The notes under the pieces were generated by a model. It saw only the letters and a list, made by a program, of their open reading frames with translations. It was not told where the DNA came from and did no database searches. Of a stretch of 64,000 nt of DNA, positions 45,256-54,671 are shown piece after piece. The position numbers and the translations under genes were made by a program. Source of the stretch: Chthoniobacteraceae bacterium (GTDB taxonomy: Bacteria > Verrucomicrobiota > Verrucomicrobiia > Chthoniobacterales > Chthoniobacteraceae); contig JBILKV010000002.1 in NCBI GenBank assembly GCA_044376515.1, positions 1,209-65,208 on the forward strand, written 5' to 3'. Numbering within the stretch: the stretch's first letter is position 1; each line of letters opens with the position of its first letter.

Positions 45256-45915
45256 TCAGTGTTTTAAGCTAGCATAGTTTGAGAAAGCCGCAAACTGTGC
45301 GAAAAGGCGCGGGCTCATCAGTACCGTGCCCCCGTCGCTCCGCACGGGCGAGTTGTCCCCGCAGAGCAACTTTTGGTAGGCCCGAGCCGAGGCGGCCACG
45401 CTTGCGTTCCCGGAATCCAACATCACGTCGCTCGCCCACTGGATGCTGCCGGTTTCAATGTCTACCAGCTTGGATCGCACCCCCAAAGAGACGGGTTTGT
45501 AGGGCGAGTACTGGGTGAGGTCGTTGAACATCACACCTTCCACGCCGTACTGGTCGCGCAGCTTCCGGAACAGGTCTCCTGGGACCCGCTCCACGGAGGA
45601 AACCTCCCTCCGATCGGTCAGGAGTTCCATCGCCGAACGTGTGATCGGCACCACCTCGAAGACGGCTTTTTTAGACAGCTCCGCGTTGAGTGCCATATCG
45701 ATTTCCTTGAGCACTTCTCCCTGCAGTTTGGGATGGTAGGCGGGCAGGATGGCCACGCGCCGGATGACGCGCCCCGGGCCGGAAGGTGCCATCCAACTCT
45801 GCGGGGCATCCAACTCAGGCTTGACGTAGGCTGTCTTACGGGTGTGGCAGCCTGTGTTGAGCAGGGAAACACACAAGACCAGAGAGGCGGAGTAAACAGC
45901 TTGTGAAGACTTCAT
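45256..45915 (-). CDS. lipoprotein, DUF799/LpoB/FlgO-like fold (tentative), inside the late flagellar block
   Basis: 219 aa. Lipobox LLNTGC. VAILPAYHP...YGVEGVMFNDLTQYSPYKPVSLGVRSKLVDIETGSIQWAS resembles the DUF799/GNA1162-type pattern. Its start overlaps the fliD stop by 4 nt. Confidence 0.5.
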   Translation of the reverse strand: MKSSQAVYSASLVLCVSLLNTGCHTRKTAYVKPELDAPQSWMAPSGPGRVIRRVAILPAYHPKLQGEVLKEIDMALNAELSKKAVFEVVPITRSAMELLTDRREVSSVERVPGDLFRKLRDQYGVEGVMFNDLTQYSPYKPVSLGVRSKLVDIETGSIQWASDVMLDSGNASVAASARAYQKLLCGDNSPVRSDGGTVLMSPRLFAQFAAFSNYASLKH

Positions 45916-47660
45916 TTGTTCGAATTAAAGGCAGAAGTAATCTGGGCAGACATGCTGTTGTACCTCGACTGGGCCCGTTCCATCGCGATGAAACTCGCCT
46001 CCAGCGATGCCCGCTGCTGCTCCAAAGAGCGGTCCATTGCGCTGATCTGAGTCTGCAGGCGCTTCGTCTGCGAAGTAATCGCGGTCGTTGCGGAAGCGAC
46101 CAACCCACCCGTCCCGGTCAGCGAAGTCATCAGGTTGACCAACCGGGTGACCACCCCCTGTTCTGCAACCGGGACACTGGTTCCAGTGCTTCCGGCGTTG
46201 AGAAGGGTGTCGATAGCGCTCGGGTTGTTGGTCAGGGCGGCGTCCAGTTTCGCGGAATCCACCACGGACATCGTACCGTTCCGGTCAAAGCCTATGCCAA
46301 TCTTCCCCATCGTGTTGTACTGGGTGCTCACTCCCGTTGCCTTGACCTCCGAGTACACGCGACTCCGTATGTTCGAGAGCAAACTGTTGACGTCCGAACG
46401 GTTAGAGAAGACGCTCGCGCTGACCTTGCCACCGGTCCCCGTGGTCACCTTGGTGGACTCGTCCACCATTTGCTTGAGGGTGTTGTAGGCGGATATTAAC
46501 GAGTTGATCTTCGCTCTGTTGTCCGAAGCGTTAGCGGTCACCCTGACCGAGAAAACGCCCGTCGCCGACGGCGTGATCTTGGTGGCACCGTAGCCATACT
46601 GGGAAAGATCGATGTCGCCAGTAGTACTCGTTTCGGGTCCAGACGCCGCTTCACCGTTGACCGAAAGTTCAAACTTGGTCCCTGCACCGGGTTTGAAAGA
46701 CGCAAACGTGGGGGCCAATCCCAGGGCTCGGGCGGCGGCTCCATCCTCTACACTGATCGCATAGGCCCCGTTCGCATTGGCGGTCAATCGCAACGCACCG
46801 CTGGATGGGTCGATGGTGGCAGTCACTCCCGTAGCGGATGCGCTATTAATCTTCGAAACCACCGAACCCAAATCCACCGTTGGCCCGATCAGACCCAAAT
46901 CCACACCGTTGATTCTCAAGTTATCTTCGGCAAAGGACCCGCCATTCAGGTCTCCAAGGGATATTTTGGAAAGAACATCTAGAGGAACGGTCTGGGTATA
47001 TTTTGAGGATCCCTCCCGAATTCCGAGAGCACTCATGAAACTGCTCGAGTCCCCTGGCCCCCCCATCGCAATGGACGCCCCGTTAATCCCCTCAAGCACC
47101 AGGGCATTCTTACCATCCAGCGATCCAGCCACGTTAGCCACCATGCCAGCGCTGCCTAAATTCACCCCCCCTCCGGCAAGGAAAACATCAACAATCTTCA
47201 TGTCCAAATCGCTGTCGGCCAGCGTGTACTGATTCCCATTGATTGTCACAGTTCCCTCCGTAACCTTGTAGTCCCGTAGAGTGAGGTTCTGAGCCTTCAC
47301 GAGGCTGGGAAAAAGATTCGCGGATCCAAGCGCTGTTGATGCCTTCGGCAGGCTAAGCACATTGATGCTGTAAGTGCCAAGCACCGCCCCGCTGGAGGTC
47401 GACGCAGTCCCTTTTCCGTCCCCTGAAGCAACAGACACCGTCCGAGGCGATCCCGTGAAACTGGTGCTGAGTGCCGATGCGGCCGTCTTAAGCGCAGTCA
47501 AGTTGGTCTTCAGCGTGTCGAAGGCCGCCTGCAACTTTTCAGCCGCCGCCTGCTGTTTCCTCAGGTTGTCCTGAGGAACACGCTCGATTGCCATCAACTG
47601 GGTGACCGTGCTTTTCCAGTCAAAACCCGAAGCCAAACCTGACAGTTGAATTCCAGCCAT
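45912..47660 (-). CDS. fliD: flagellar filament cap protein FliD
   Basis: N-terminus MAGIQLSGLASGFDWKSTVTQLMAIERVPQ and a C-terminal coiled coil (RLQTQISAMDRSLEQQRASLEASFIAMERAQSRYNS). Start set at ATG 47660; the ORF extends to 47720. Confidence 0.8.
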   Translation of the reverse strand: MAGIQLSGLASGFDWKSTVTQLMAIERVPQDNLRKQQAAAEKLQAAFDTLKTNLTALKTAASALSTSFTGSPRTVSVASGDGKGTASTSSGAVLGTYSINVLSLPKASTALGSANLFPSLVKAQNLTLRDYKVTEGTVTINGNQYTLADSDLDMKIVDVFLAGGGVNLGSAGMVANVAGSLDGKNALVLEGINGASIAMGGPGDSSSFMSALGIREGSSKYTQTVPLDVLSKISLGDLNGGSFAEDNLRINGVDLGLIGPTVDLGSVVSKINSASATGVTATIDPSSGALRLTANANGAYAISVEDGAAARALGLAPTFASFKPGAGTKFELSVNGEAASGPETSTTGDIDLSQYGYGATKITPSATGVFSVRVTANASDNRAKINSLISAYNTLKQMVDESTKVTTGTGGKVSASVFSNRSDVNSLLSNIRSRVYSEVKATGVSTQYNTMGKIGIGFDRNGTMSVVDSAKLDAALTNNPSAIDTLLNAGSTGTSVPVAEQGVVTRLVNLMTSLTGTGGLVASATTAITSQTKRLQTQISAMDRSLEQQRASLEASFIAMERAQSRYNSMSAQITSAFNSNK

Positions 47661-47783
47661 AAGAGTATTCTTTAAGGGATTTCGCTCTTTTTGAGCAGGA
47701 AGCGTACCCGATGCCGACACTTCCGGGCTTTTCTCACGACCGTCCCCGGCCTCTGTGGCCGATGAGATCCCCCGCCGGGTGCC

Positions 47784-48536
47784 TCATTCCGTTCCGCTGG
47801 CAATCTCTGACAGCCGGACCTTGAGTTTTTTGGCAGCCCACTGACCGGGAACCTGGGGGCGGTCCAGATAGCCATAGTTCAAAAGTGAACCGCAACTGCC
47901 GAACAGGAGACGCGACACCTGCCCCTGTGGCCCCATGCCCATCACCGAAACCCGCCCCGGTTCCCTAAGGTTCGCCCAGTTGAAGAAGGCGAAAAGCCTT
48001 TCCAAGTCCTCCGGAGTGTTCGTCAAGGCCGCCACCTTGAACGCTGACGGCCTTGACAACCGGGCCTCTTCAAAGCGCCGCTGAAGCACTTCCACCGAAG
48101 GAGTGCGGGCAAAGTGATGCTCGGAAAGCACAACGGCCACCCCAAGTTCACCCGCCAAGGCAATTTCTTCCTCCATGGCCTCCACGGATCGGGTCTCAAA
48201 ATCGGCCCACTGCACGAGCGGCAAAAACTGCCGAAACAACCGGCGGCGTTCCCGGACGTTGAGCTCCGTTACCGCTCCCTCAGCCGGGTGGCGCACTGTT
48301 GCCAAAAGTGGAAACCGCGCCGCCAGTCTGGGCACCGCCCGCTGGAGCGCGTCCACAGCAGGGGCAAAGGCGTCCACCCTCAGCTCCAGTACATCCACCT
48401 CCCCGGGACGAAGCTTCAGCGCACACGCGAGCGCGCCGGGCGAATGTACGGTTCCCACCACCAATGGGGGGGCTGGAAGCAGGGTTTTCGGATACACGGC
48501 GCTATCTTCAGACAACCCGGGTGTAAAAGGCAACAC
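47784..48536 (-). CDS. aroD: 3-dehydroquinate dehydratase, type I
   Basis: VDVLELRVDAF, LLATVRHPAEGA, VVLSEHHF, a Schiff-base Lys context (AFKVAAL) and MGMGPQGQVSRLL. The annotated GTG 48536 lies inside the upstream terminator stem; TTG 48515 or GTG 48497 are alternatives. Confidence 0.7.
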   Translation of the reverse strand: MLPFTPGLSEDSAVYPKTLLPAPPLVVGTVHSPGALACALKLRPGEVDVLELRVDAFAPAVDALQRAVPRLAARFPLLATVRHPAEGAVTELNVRERRRLFRQFLPLVQWADFETRSVEAMEEEIALAGELGVAVVLSEHHFARTPSVEVLQRRFEEARLSRPSAFKVAALTNTPEDLERLFAFFNWANLREPGRVSVMGMGPQGQVSRLLFGSCGSLLNYGYLDRPQVPGQWAAKKLKVRLSEIASGTE

Positions 48537-48565
48537 GGGCCGGCACCTGTGTGCCGGCCCGTGTT
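48532..48565 (-). terminator. intrinsic terminator after the giant PA14 gene
   Basis: Perfect 15-bp inverted repeat AACACGGGCCGGCAC / GTGCCGGCCCGTGTT with a 4-nt loop, 37 nt after the stop at 48603. On the minus strand it is followed by GCCTTTTAC. Confidence 0.7.
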
Positions 48566-48602
48566 TTGATCCCTCCCAACCCCGCCCAAGGCTGCAGCCG
48601 AC

Positions 48603-51600
48603 TCAGGGACTGCTCAGTGACGCAGCCGGAATCACCCGCTTGGATTGACCGGGAGGAGTCCAGAGCAACCGCAGTGTCGCACTGCCAGCCCGCTCATAAT
48701 ACTCCGCACGGAGATTGATCCACGTGCCCGCTGGAAGCGCCAGCGAACCGCTGTTCTCCGTCAGGGCGTGATCGCTCCAGTTGTTGACCACCAACTGTCC
48801 ATTCACCCACAGCCGCACCCCGTCATCAGATTGCACAGAAAATCCGTACAGCCCCGCCGCCTCGGTCTTTACCCGGCCCGTCCAACGGACCGCAAACAGG
48901 TCCAACGGCAGCCTTGGATCTGCGCTCCCCAACCCCCAGGTGAAGTCGATTACCGGATCAATGCGGCTGAACTTCAGCGCACTGAGACTGACTCCACTGA
49001 AGTACTCGCCGGTCACACCACTGCTGCGGAGTTCCGTCAGCTCGAGGTCCTCGAGCTGGGCGACTCCAGCCACGGCGCCTGCCCCGCCGTGCACCCACGC
49101 CCCGACGTAAACCAACTGGGGTATCCCCTGCAGCTCGAGGGTTCCAGCCGCCGTATAGGTTACATCATCCGAGGACGTTGCCAGCGCAAGCCTGTCGCCA
49201 CGGCGTTCCAACAGCAGCCACGCGCCAGGGGGCACCAACCTGCCAGAGACAGCGCTTGAGGACACCGGACCGCCAAATGCCGCGCGGCTCCTCACCCCGA
49301 GGGAACCGTCCCCGCCCAGCTGTAACGCAACAAACCGGTCCCCCGCACCGAGCCCTTCCCGCAGCATCAACGCCACGGCCGGAGCTCCTCCGCCGGAAAC
49401 GGAGCGCACCCGCATCGCGACTTGGAAATCGCCTGAGTGCGGTTGGTGCCAGAAGCCGCCCTGGTCCCCAGCACCAGCCGCCCCGAAGCCAACACCCGCC
49501 GCCGATACCTGCCTGACTCCGTCCGAAAGCAGCGTCACAACCGGTGCCGCCACTCCTCCCACCGCAGAGCCGCTCATTGCAGGACGAAGCACCGCTGCCG
49601 GCACAGGCTGTTTGGCAATCCCCGGACCGCTCCACCACAGTTTGCAAACCGCCTGGGCGCCGCTCTCGAAGAATTCGAGCCGGATGTCGACGGGGACCCC
49701 CGCCTGCAACTGGACCGCACCGGAATTTTCCGTCACTGCATGCAACGTCCAGTTGTTGACTACCGGCTGGCCGTTGACCCACAGCCGTACGCCATCGTCG
49801 GACTGCGTGTAGAAGGTGTACTGTCCCGCCGTCGCCGGCACCAGTTGCCCGGTCCATCGCGCGGACCAACCGTCCGCCCCAAGCGCTGCGTGGGGAGAGC
49901 CGGTGGCCCAGTCAAAGTTGACCGTTTCGTCCACACGCGCCACGACCGGCGCCGTCAAATCGGGGCGGGAAAAGTACACTCCCAACAGGCCGTTCTGAAC
50001 AGCGGTAGCCCCCGCCACCTCGCGGGACACACTCCACTGATCCAGCACTGCCCGCGCGGAAACGTCCGTCACGCCACTTGACACAAACACCCCAACCTGA
50101 ACGCTCGCCGTCAAACCACCGAGGCTGTACGCACCCACCGGACGGAACGCCGCGCCATCCGTGGATGACGAAAGCCTGACGACATCCCCCGCTCGCTCGA
50201 GCAACACCCATCCCTCGGGCAGCGACGCCAGGGCATCCGCTCCGGCCGGTTGGCTCTCGACATACGCCCCGCCAGCGGCAATCCGCGCCCCCACGTAGTA
50301 CCGTCCGTCGGGACCGACGCCCACCGTGGCGCAACGCGCCCCGGCGCTGGTGCCCTCACGCAGCATCAGCCCCGCACGCGACCCAGCCGGGCCCGACACC
50401 GAACGTACGCGCAACACCGCGCGAAAGTTCCCCTCCACCGGCACCGCCTCCAGTCGCACCGCGTCCGCTGTCCCAGCGAGGCCGATGCCGGCGCCGGTCA
50501 GCTCCCAGTTGCCGTCGGCCAAGATTTTTGACGACCCTGTCGCGCCGCCCACCTGCACGGGTGAAAGCCCCGCAGAACTCAGGTCATTGGCACGCGCCGA
50601 ACTCACCACTGTCACGGTGACCGTTGTACCCGCACTGAGAGCGCCATCGCTCACCGTGTACCCAAACGTGTCCGTTCCGACAAACCCCGCGCTGGGGGTG
50701 TACCGAATCCCGCCGGTGACCGACACCGCGGTGCCGCGGGACGGCTGGGTGAGGGACGCAACCGTCAGCGGCTGCGGGCCCGCATCCGGATCCGAATCGT
50801 TCGCCAGGACGGGCACCAAGACCGCCACCACCTCCTGGGTGGAAGCCGCATCGGGCAAGGCCACCGGCGCTTTATTGGTCACGGGCACCACCGGCGGAGT
50901 CCCTCCGAGCAGCTCAGTCGAAAGCGCCCACTGCGGAACCACTTCCTGCGGCGTGTTAGCACTGGACCACCTTAGTACGGCCATCGCCCCGCCGGTACTT
51001 TCGTAGTACTCGACCTTGATATCCGCGGGCCTGCCAGCCACCAGCCCGATACTCCCCGACACCTCCGCCGGAGCATGGTCGCTCCAGTTTTGGGCGATCA
51101 CCACACCGTTGACCCACACACGCACCCCGTCGTCCGAGGTAGCCGAGAACGTGTAGGTTTCACTGAACCGCGGAGTCACCGTTCCCGACCAGCGCACCGA
51201 AAAGCCGTCCTTCGGCAGCAACGGATCGGGGGACGCATCGCCCCAGTTCTGGTTGATTGTTCCGTCCAGACGAGTCAGCACCGGATTGGTTAAATCGATC
51301 TTGCCGAAGTACGCGCCCTTCAGCCCGTTCGACCGAGCCGGGTCCGCCCCCGCGACAGTGATGCTCACCGTCGCCGTCGCGCTCAAATCACCATCGGTTA
51401 CCGTATAGGTGAAACTATCGGTCCCTTGGTATCCGGCAGCGGGCACGTACTGCACAACGTTTCCGTTCAAGACCGCCGTTCCGCGCGCCGGCGAGCCAAG
51501 GCCGCTCACGCGAAGTTCCGCGGGACCCAGGTCCGGATCCCGGTCATTGGTAAGCACGCTGATGTTCACGGGCATTCCCACTGGCGTCCAAACCGCATCG

Positions 51601-54512
51601 GCCGAGGCCACGGGCGCCTTGTTCGCGGGCGCCACGAGCGGGCCCGCCGCACCCACTGTCAGGGCATCGAACGGCACCACCTCGCGCGGTTGGCTTGAAC
51701 TGCTCCATTGCAGGGTGATCTGAGCGCCGCCACCGCCCTGGAAATATTCCAAACGGATGTCCACCGGTTGACCGGCCACCAGCGGGAGACTGACCTGATC
51801 CCAGGCCGCCGCGTGGGGTGACCAGTGATTGATCAACAGTTTGCCATCGACCCAAAGCCGGACACCGTCGTCTGAAAGGGTGTACAGAGTGTAGGTCTCC
51901 GTAAACCTCGGCGTCAGTCTGCCGCTCCAGCGGACTGAGAAGGATCCGGCGTCCACCGCGGGATCCGGGGCGTTGGTACCCCAGTTGTTGTCCACGTAGG
52001 GATCCACGCGGGCCATGACAAGGCTGGTGAAATCGGGATTGTTGTACCACTCGGCATAGAACCCGTGCGTGTCAGGTGAAAGCACCCCGGACGCGGCTGA
52101 AACCGTTACCTCCACTGCTCCGGTCGCCGTGGAAAACCCGTCGCTTACAACGTAGCTGAACGAATCGGTTCCGCTCAAGCCGGGCGATGCAGTGTAGACC
52201 ACCTGGTCGCCCGAAATCGCGGCGCTTCCGCGGGTGGGCGCGCTGACGCTGAGCAACCGCAGCGGATACGGCCCGGTTGCACCCGCACTGTCATTCGCAA
52301 GCACCGGAATGGCGACGCTTCCCCCGCGAGAACACGCGGCCTTGTCCGCCACGGCAACCGGTGCGCCGGCCGCCGCAACCCCCAATCCAGAGCGATACAC
52401 CTCGATCTCGCGCAGATTCAACTGATGTTCACCGCCCTGCGCGCCTGCGTCCTTCAACTCTTTGTTTGACGCGCCACCCCAAGTGACGTCGTTGACCAGA
52501 AGCCGGATTTTGCGCGTGGTCACGGGAGCGAAGCTGTGCGTGAAGACACAACGCTCGCTGTAAAAACTGTCCACCGTGGTCCGGTTGGTCTGGGTGTAGG
52601 CCCGGAACGTATTGACCGGTTCCTGAACTCTTTCGAGCGAAACCCACTGCCCCCCCTGCTCCACCTGCAGTTCGTAGTCGAGGATCGACCCGTCCCACTG
52701 CCAAGGAATGCCGGCGTAAATCACCACACGGTCCATGGTCGTGTCCGCAGGGAACCGTAGTTCGAACCAGGCGGGGAAGGTGGCATTGTTGCTTTCCCAG
52801 ATCCGGGCGTCGCGCCCCTGGGACCAGTACCAAGTGTCCAACTGTCCGTTGAACACCTTGGTGATCGTGTTGTTGATGCCGGCGTCGATCGGATGAACCG
52901 TCGAACCGGAAGCGGCTGCGCTCATGCCGCTCTGCACGGCGAGATTGGGACCCCAGTTCGCCGGTGTCACCGCGAGCGTGCCGCTATACTCCACATAGGT
53001 TGGAAGCTCGCTCAACGCCACGCTCACCTTGCCGTTGACCACGGCAAGCTGCTGTTCGCCGCCGAAGGGCGAAACCACCTTCACCGTGGAAGCGCCCGTC
53101 ACAGAAAGCTCCATCCGGCCGCGGTTTTCGCCTGAGGTCATCAACGCCGCCACCTGCTTGCCCGGGCCTTGGAAGATACTCCCGACAAACAGCTTGTTAC
53201 CCGGATTTCCAAAATCCAGTGACGAGGCAAACCGCGTTCCCGCCAGCTCCTCAGACCATACACGGAGGAGCACGCCCACCGGATTGATCGAACCGTCCTC
53301 GTTCTGTACCCAGCGCGGTTCGTCCCAAAAGCCCCCGTTGCGGTCGTACCAGTAGTGGTTGTGCTCCTTTGGGATCCCGTGCTGCTCGTAGACCATCATT
53401 TGGAGCATGGTCCAACGCCCCTGCAGACGCGGTTGGTAGGCGCCATACACCGGACCGAGGTAACCCTGTTCGGTCTGCCACTTTTCGATGCCCGCCAAGT
53501 TGTAGCGGCTCAACCAGGTGTTGACCTGCTCGAGCGCCATCCGCGTCAGGCCGAGGTCGCCGTTGACGCAGTTATAAGCGTGAAAGGAAAACGCGTCGAT
53601 GTACTTCCCGCCGCCCGCGCGAAAGAACTCCTCGTTCCAACCCGCCATCGGCGGTCCAACCGTGACCGCTCCCGGCGCGATCACCTTCAGCGAGGGATCG
53701 ATGCTTTTGACCAGCTCGTAAAACGGCTTCAGTTCGTTCTGCACAAAGGCCGTCGCGCTCGTGCTGAAATTCGGCTCGTTCCGTGGTTCCCAGTACTTCA
53801 CCACCCCCTTGAAACGCTCCACGATTTTGCGCACACCCGCCAAGTCCCACGTGCCATTCGGAAATACGACCAACAGGTCGCGCTTCCGGTAGGTGTCGTA
53901 GGGAAGGTAGTACTTCTGATCCAGACCGAGCTCGCGCTCCAAGCGCGGAATCTCGGCATCCGCCGCCGCAGCGTTGTCGACCTTGTGCCGCTGTGGCCCG
54001 TAGCCCAGCACGCCCCGCGTCACCTCGTCGACCAATCCCTCACCTCCGAAGGTGCCGGGTACGGGCATTTTCGGAAAATTCGGATCATCCCGCAGGATGC
54101 AAAACATCCCGCTTCCGACCGAGTCACCGAACGGCATGCCCTGATTACCCCCATGGAGGTTCACCTTGTACCAACCGGGCTCGCGAACCGAAGGCACCAA
54201 CATCGTGCCGGAAAGCAATCCCTGCTCAACCGTATTGCCGTAGTAGTCGCGGATGATGTAGCGCGAGGCGCCGGGACCACTCAACTTGAGGACAACGGCC
54301 TCGCCTTTGTAGAACACGTGGCCTCTCCGCGTAGATTGCAAATGCACGAGCACGGGCGGTTGGTTCCACTGCCACGCGGCCTCCACTTGGGGAAGCAGCG
54401 CAGACAGCGCAACCAGCGTACAGAGCAGGACACGCCACGCGAAACGACGGCATGCGGAGAACGGGAGCGGAGACGGCGCCGCCAAGGGCGCCCAGGGTGG
54501 GATTGGTTTCAT
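48603..54512 (-). CDS. giant secreted multidomain protein: clan GH-A-like glycoside hydrolase + discoidin-like domain + 3 Ig/cadherin-like + 2 jelly-roll + 4 PA14 domains
   Basis: Start at ATG 54512 (MKPIPP..., signal ...ALLPQVEAA). YWEPRNEPNF acid/base-type motif. Discoidin-like WYWSQGRD...AWFELRF. Ig-like VLANDS...TDSFSYVVSDG x3. PA14-type blocks ...SVRWSG...SDDGVRLWVNG...IRLEY... x4. Confidence 0.8.
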   Translation of the reverse strand: MKPIPPWAPLAAPSPLPFSACRRFAWRVLLCTLVALSALLPQVEAAWQWNQPPVLVHLQSTRRGHVFYKGEAVVLKLSGPGASRYIIRDYYGNTVEQGLLSGTMLVPSVREPGWYKVNLHGGNQGMPFGDSVGSGMFCILRDDPNFPKMPVPGTFGGEGLVDEVTRGVLGYGPQRHKVDNAAAADAEIPRLERELGLDQKYYLPYDTYRKRDLLVVFPNGTWDLAGVRKIVERFKGVVKYWEPRNEPNFSTSATAFVQNELKPFYELVKSIDPSLKVIAPGAVTVGPPMAGWNEEFFRAGGGKYIDAFSFHAYNCVNGDLGLTRMALEQVNTWLSRYNLAGIEKWQTEQGYLGPVYGAYQPRLQGRWTMLQMMVYEQHGIPKEHNHYWYDRNGGFWDEPRWVQNEDGSINPVGVLLRVWSEELAGTRFASSLDFGNPGNKLFVGSIFQGPGKQVAALMTSGENRGRMELSVTGASTVKVVSPFGGEQQLAVVNGKVSVALSELPTYVEYSGTLAVTPANWGPNLAVQSGMSAAASGSTVHPIDAGINNTITKVFNGQLDTWYWSQGRDARIWESNNATFPAWFELRFPADTTMDRVVIYAGIPWQWDGSILDYELQVEQGGQWVSLERVQEPVNTFRAYTQTNRTTVDSFYSERCVFTHSFAPVTTRKIRLLVNDVTWGGASNKELKDAGAQGGEHQLNLREIEVYRSGLGVAAAGAPVAVADKAACSRGGSVAIPVLANDSAGATGPYPLRLLSVSAPTRGSAAISGDQVVYTASPGLSGTDSFSYVVSDGFSTATGAVEVTVSAASGVLSPDTHGFYAEWYNNPDFTSLVMARVDPYVDNNWGTNAPDPAVDAGSFSVRWSGRLTPRFTETYTLYTLSDDGVRLWVDGKLLINHWSPHAAAWDQVSLPLVAGQPVDIRLEYFQGGGGAQITLQWSSSSQPREVVPFDALTVGAAGPLVAPANKAPVASADAVWTPVGMPVNISVLTNDRDPDLGPAELRVSGLGSPARGTAVLNGNVVQYVPAAGYQGTDSFTYTVTDGDLSATATVSITVAGADPARSNGLKGAYFGKIDLTNPVLTRLDGTINQNWGDASPDPLLPKDGFSVRWSGTVTPRFSETYTFSATSDDGVRVWVNGVVIAQNWSDHAPAEVSGSIGLVAGRPADIKVEYYESTGGAMAVLRWSSANTPQEVVPQWALSTELLGGTPPVVPVTNKAPVALPDAASTQEVVAVLVPVLANDSDPDAGPQPLTVASLTQPSRGTAVSVTGGIRYTPSAGFVGTDTFGYTVSDGALSAGTTVTVTVVSSARANDLSSAGLSPVQVGGATGSSKILADGNWELTGAGIGLAGTADAVRLEAVPVEGNFRAVLRVRSVSGPAGSRAGLMLREGTSAGARCATVGVGPDGRYYVGARIAAGGAYVESQPAGADALASLPEGWVLLERAGDVVRLSSSTDGAAFRPVGAYSLGGLTASVQVGVFVSSGVTDVSARAVLDQWSVSREVAGATAVQNGLLGVYFSRPDLTAPVVARVDETVNFDWATGSPHAALGADGWSARWTGQLVPATAGQYTFYTQSDDGVRLWVNGQPVVNNWTLHAVTENSGAVQLQAGVPVDIRLEFFESGAQAVCKLWWSGPGIAKQPVPAAVLRPAMSGSAVGGVAAPVVTLLSDGVRQVSAAGVGFGAAGAGDQGGFWHQPHSGDFQVAMRVRSVSGGGAPAVALMLREGLGAGDRFVALQLGGDGSLGVRSRAAFGGPVSSSAVSGRLVPPGAWLLLERRGDRLALATSSDDVTYTAAGTLELQGIPQLVYVGAWVHGGAGAVAGVAQLEDLELTELRSSGVTGEYFSGVSLSALKFSRIDPVIDFTWGLGSADPRLPLDLFAVRWTGRVKTEAAGLYGFSVQSDDGVRLWVNGQLVVNNWSDHALTENSGSLALPAGTWINLRAEYYERAGSATLRLLWTPPGQSKRVIPAASLSSP

Positions 54513-54671
54513 TAGAATAGGGTGGACTGACGGCCAGCAACAAAACCCAAGTTTTGCGCTTGTCAAATTTACCCTCACTTACCCTCTTCCAATGAACTAC
54601 TTACAAATATTTTTTGCTTTTGGAACGCACTAAAATACGGCGCAAGGCTCCCCCCCCGCGATATCGACCTC

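Noticed and set aside
47700-47730. Sigma-54-like GGCAT-N7-GC element (CGGCATCGGGTACGCTT) about 57 nt upstream of fliD
   Set aside because: Only the GG/GC dinucleotides and their spacing match; the TTGC core reads ACGC. No sigma-54 activator is in the window. This is too weak to call.
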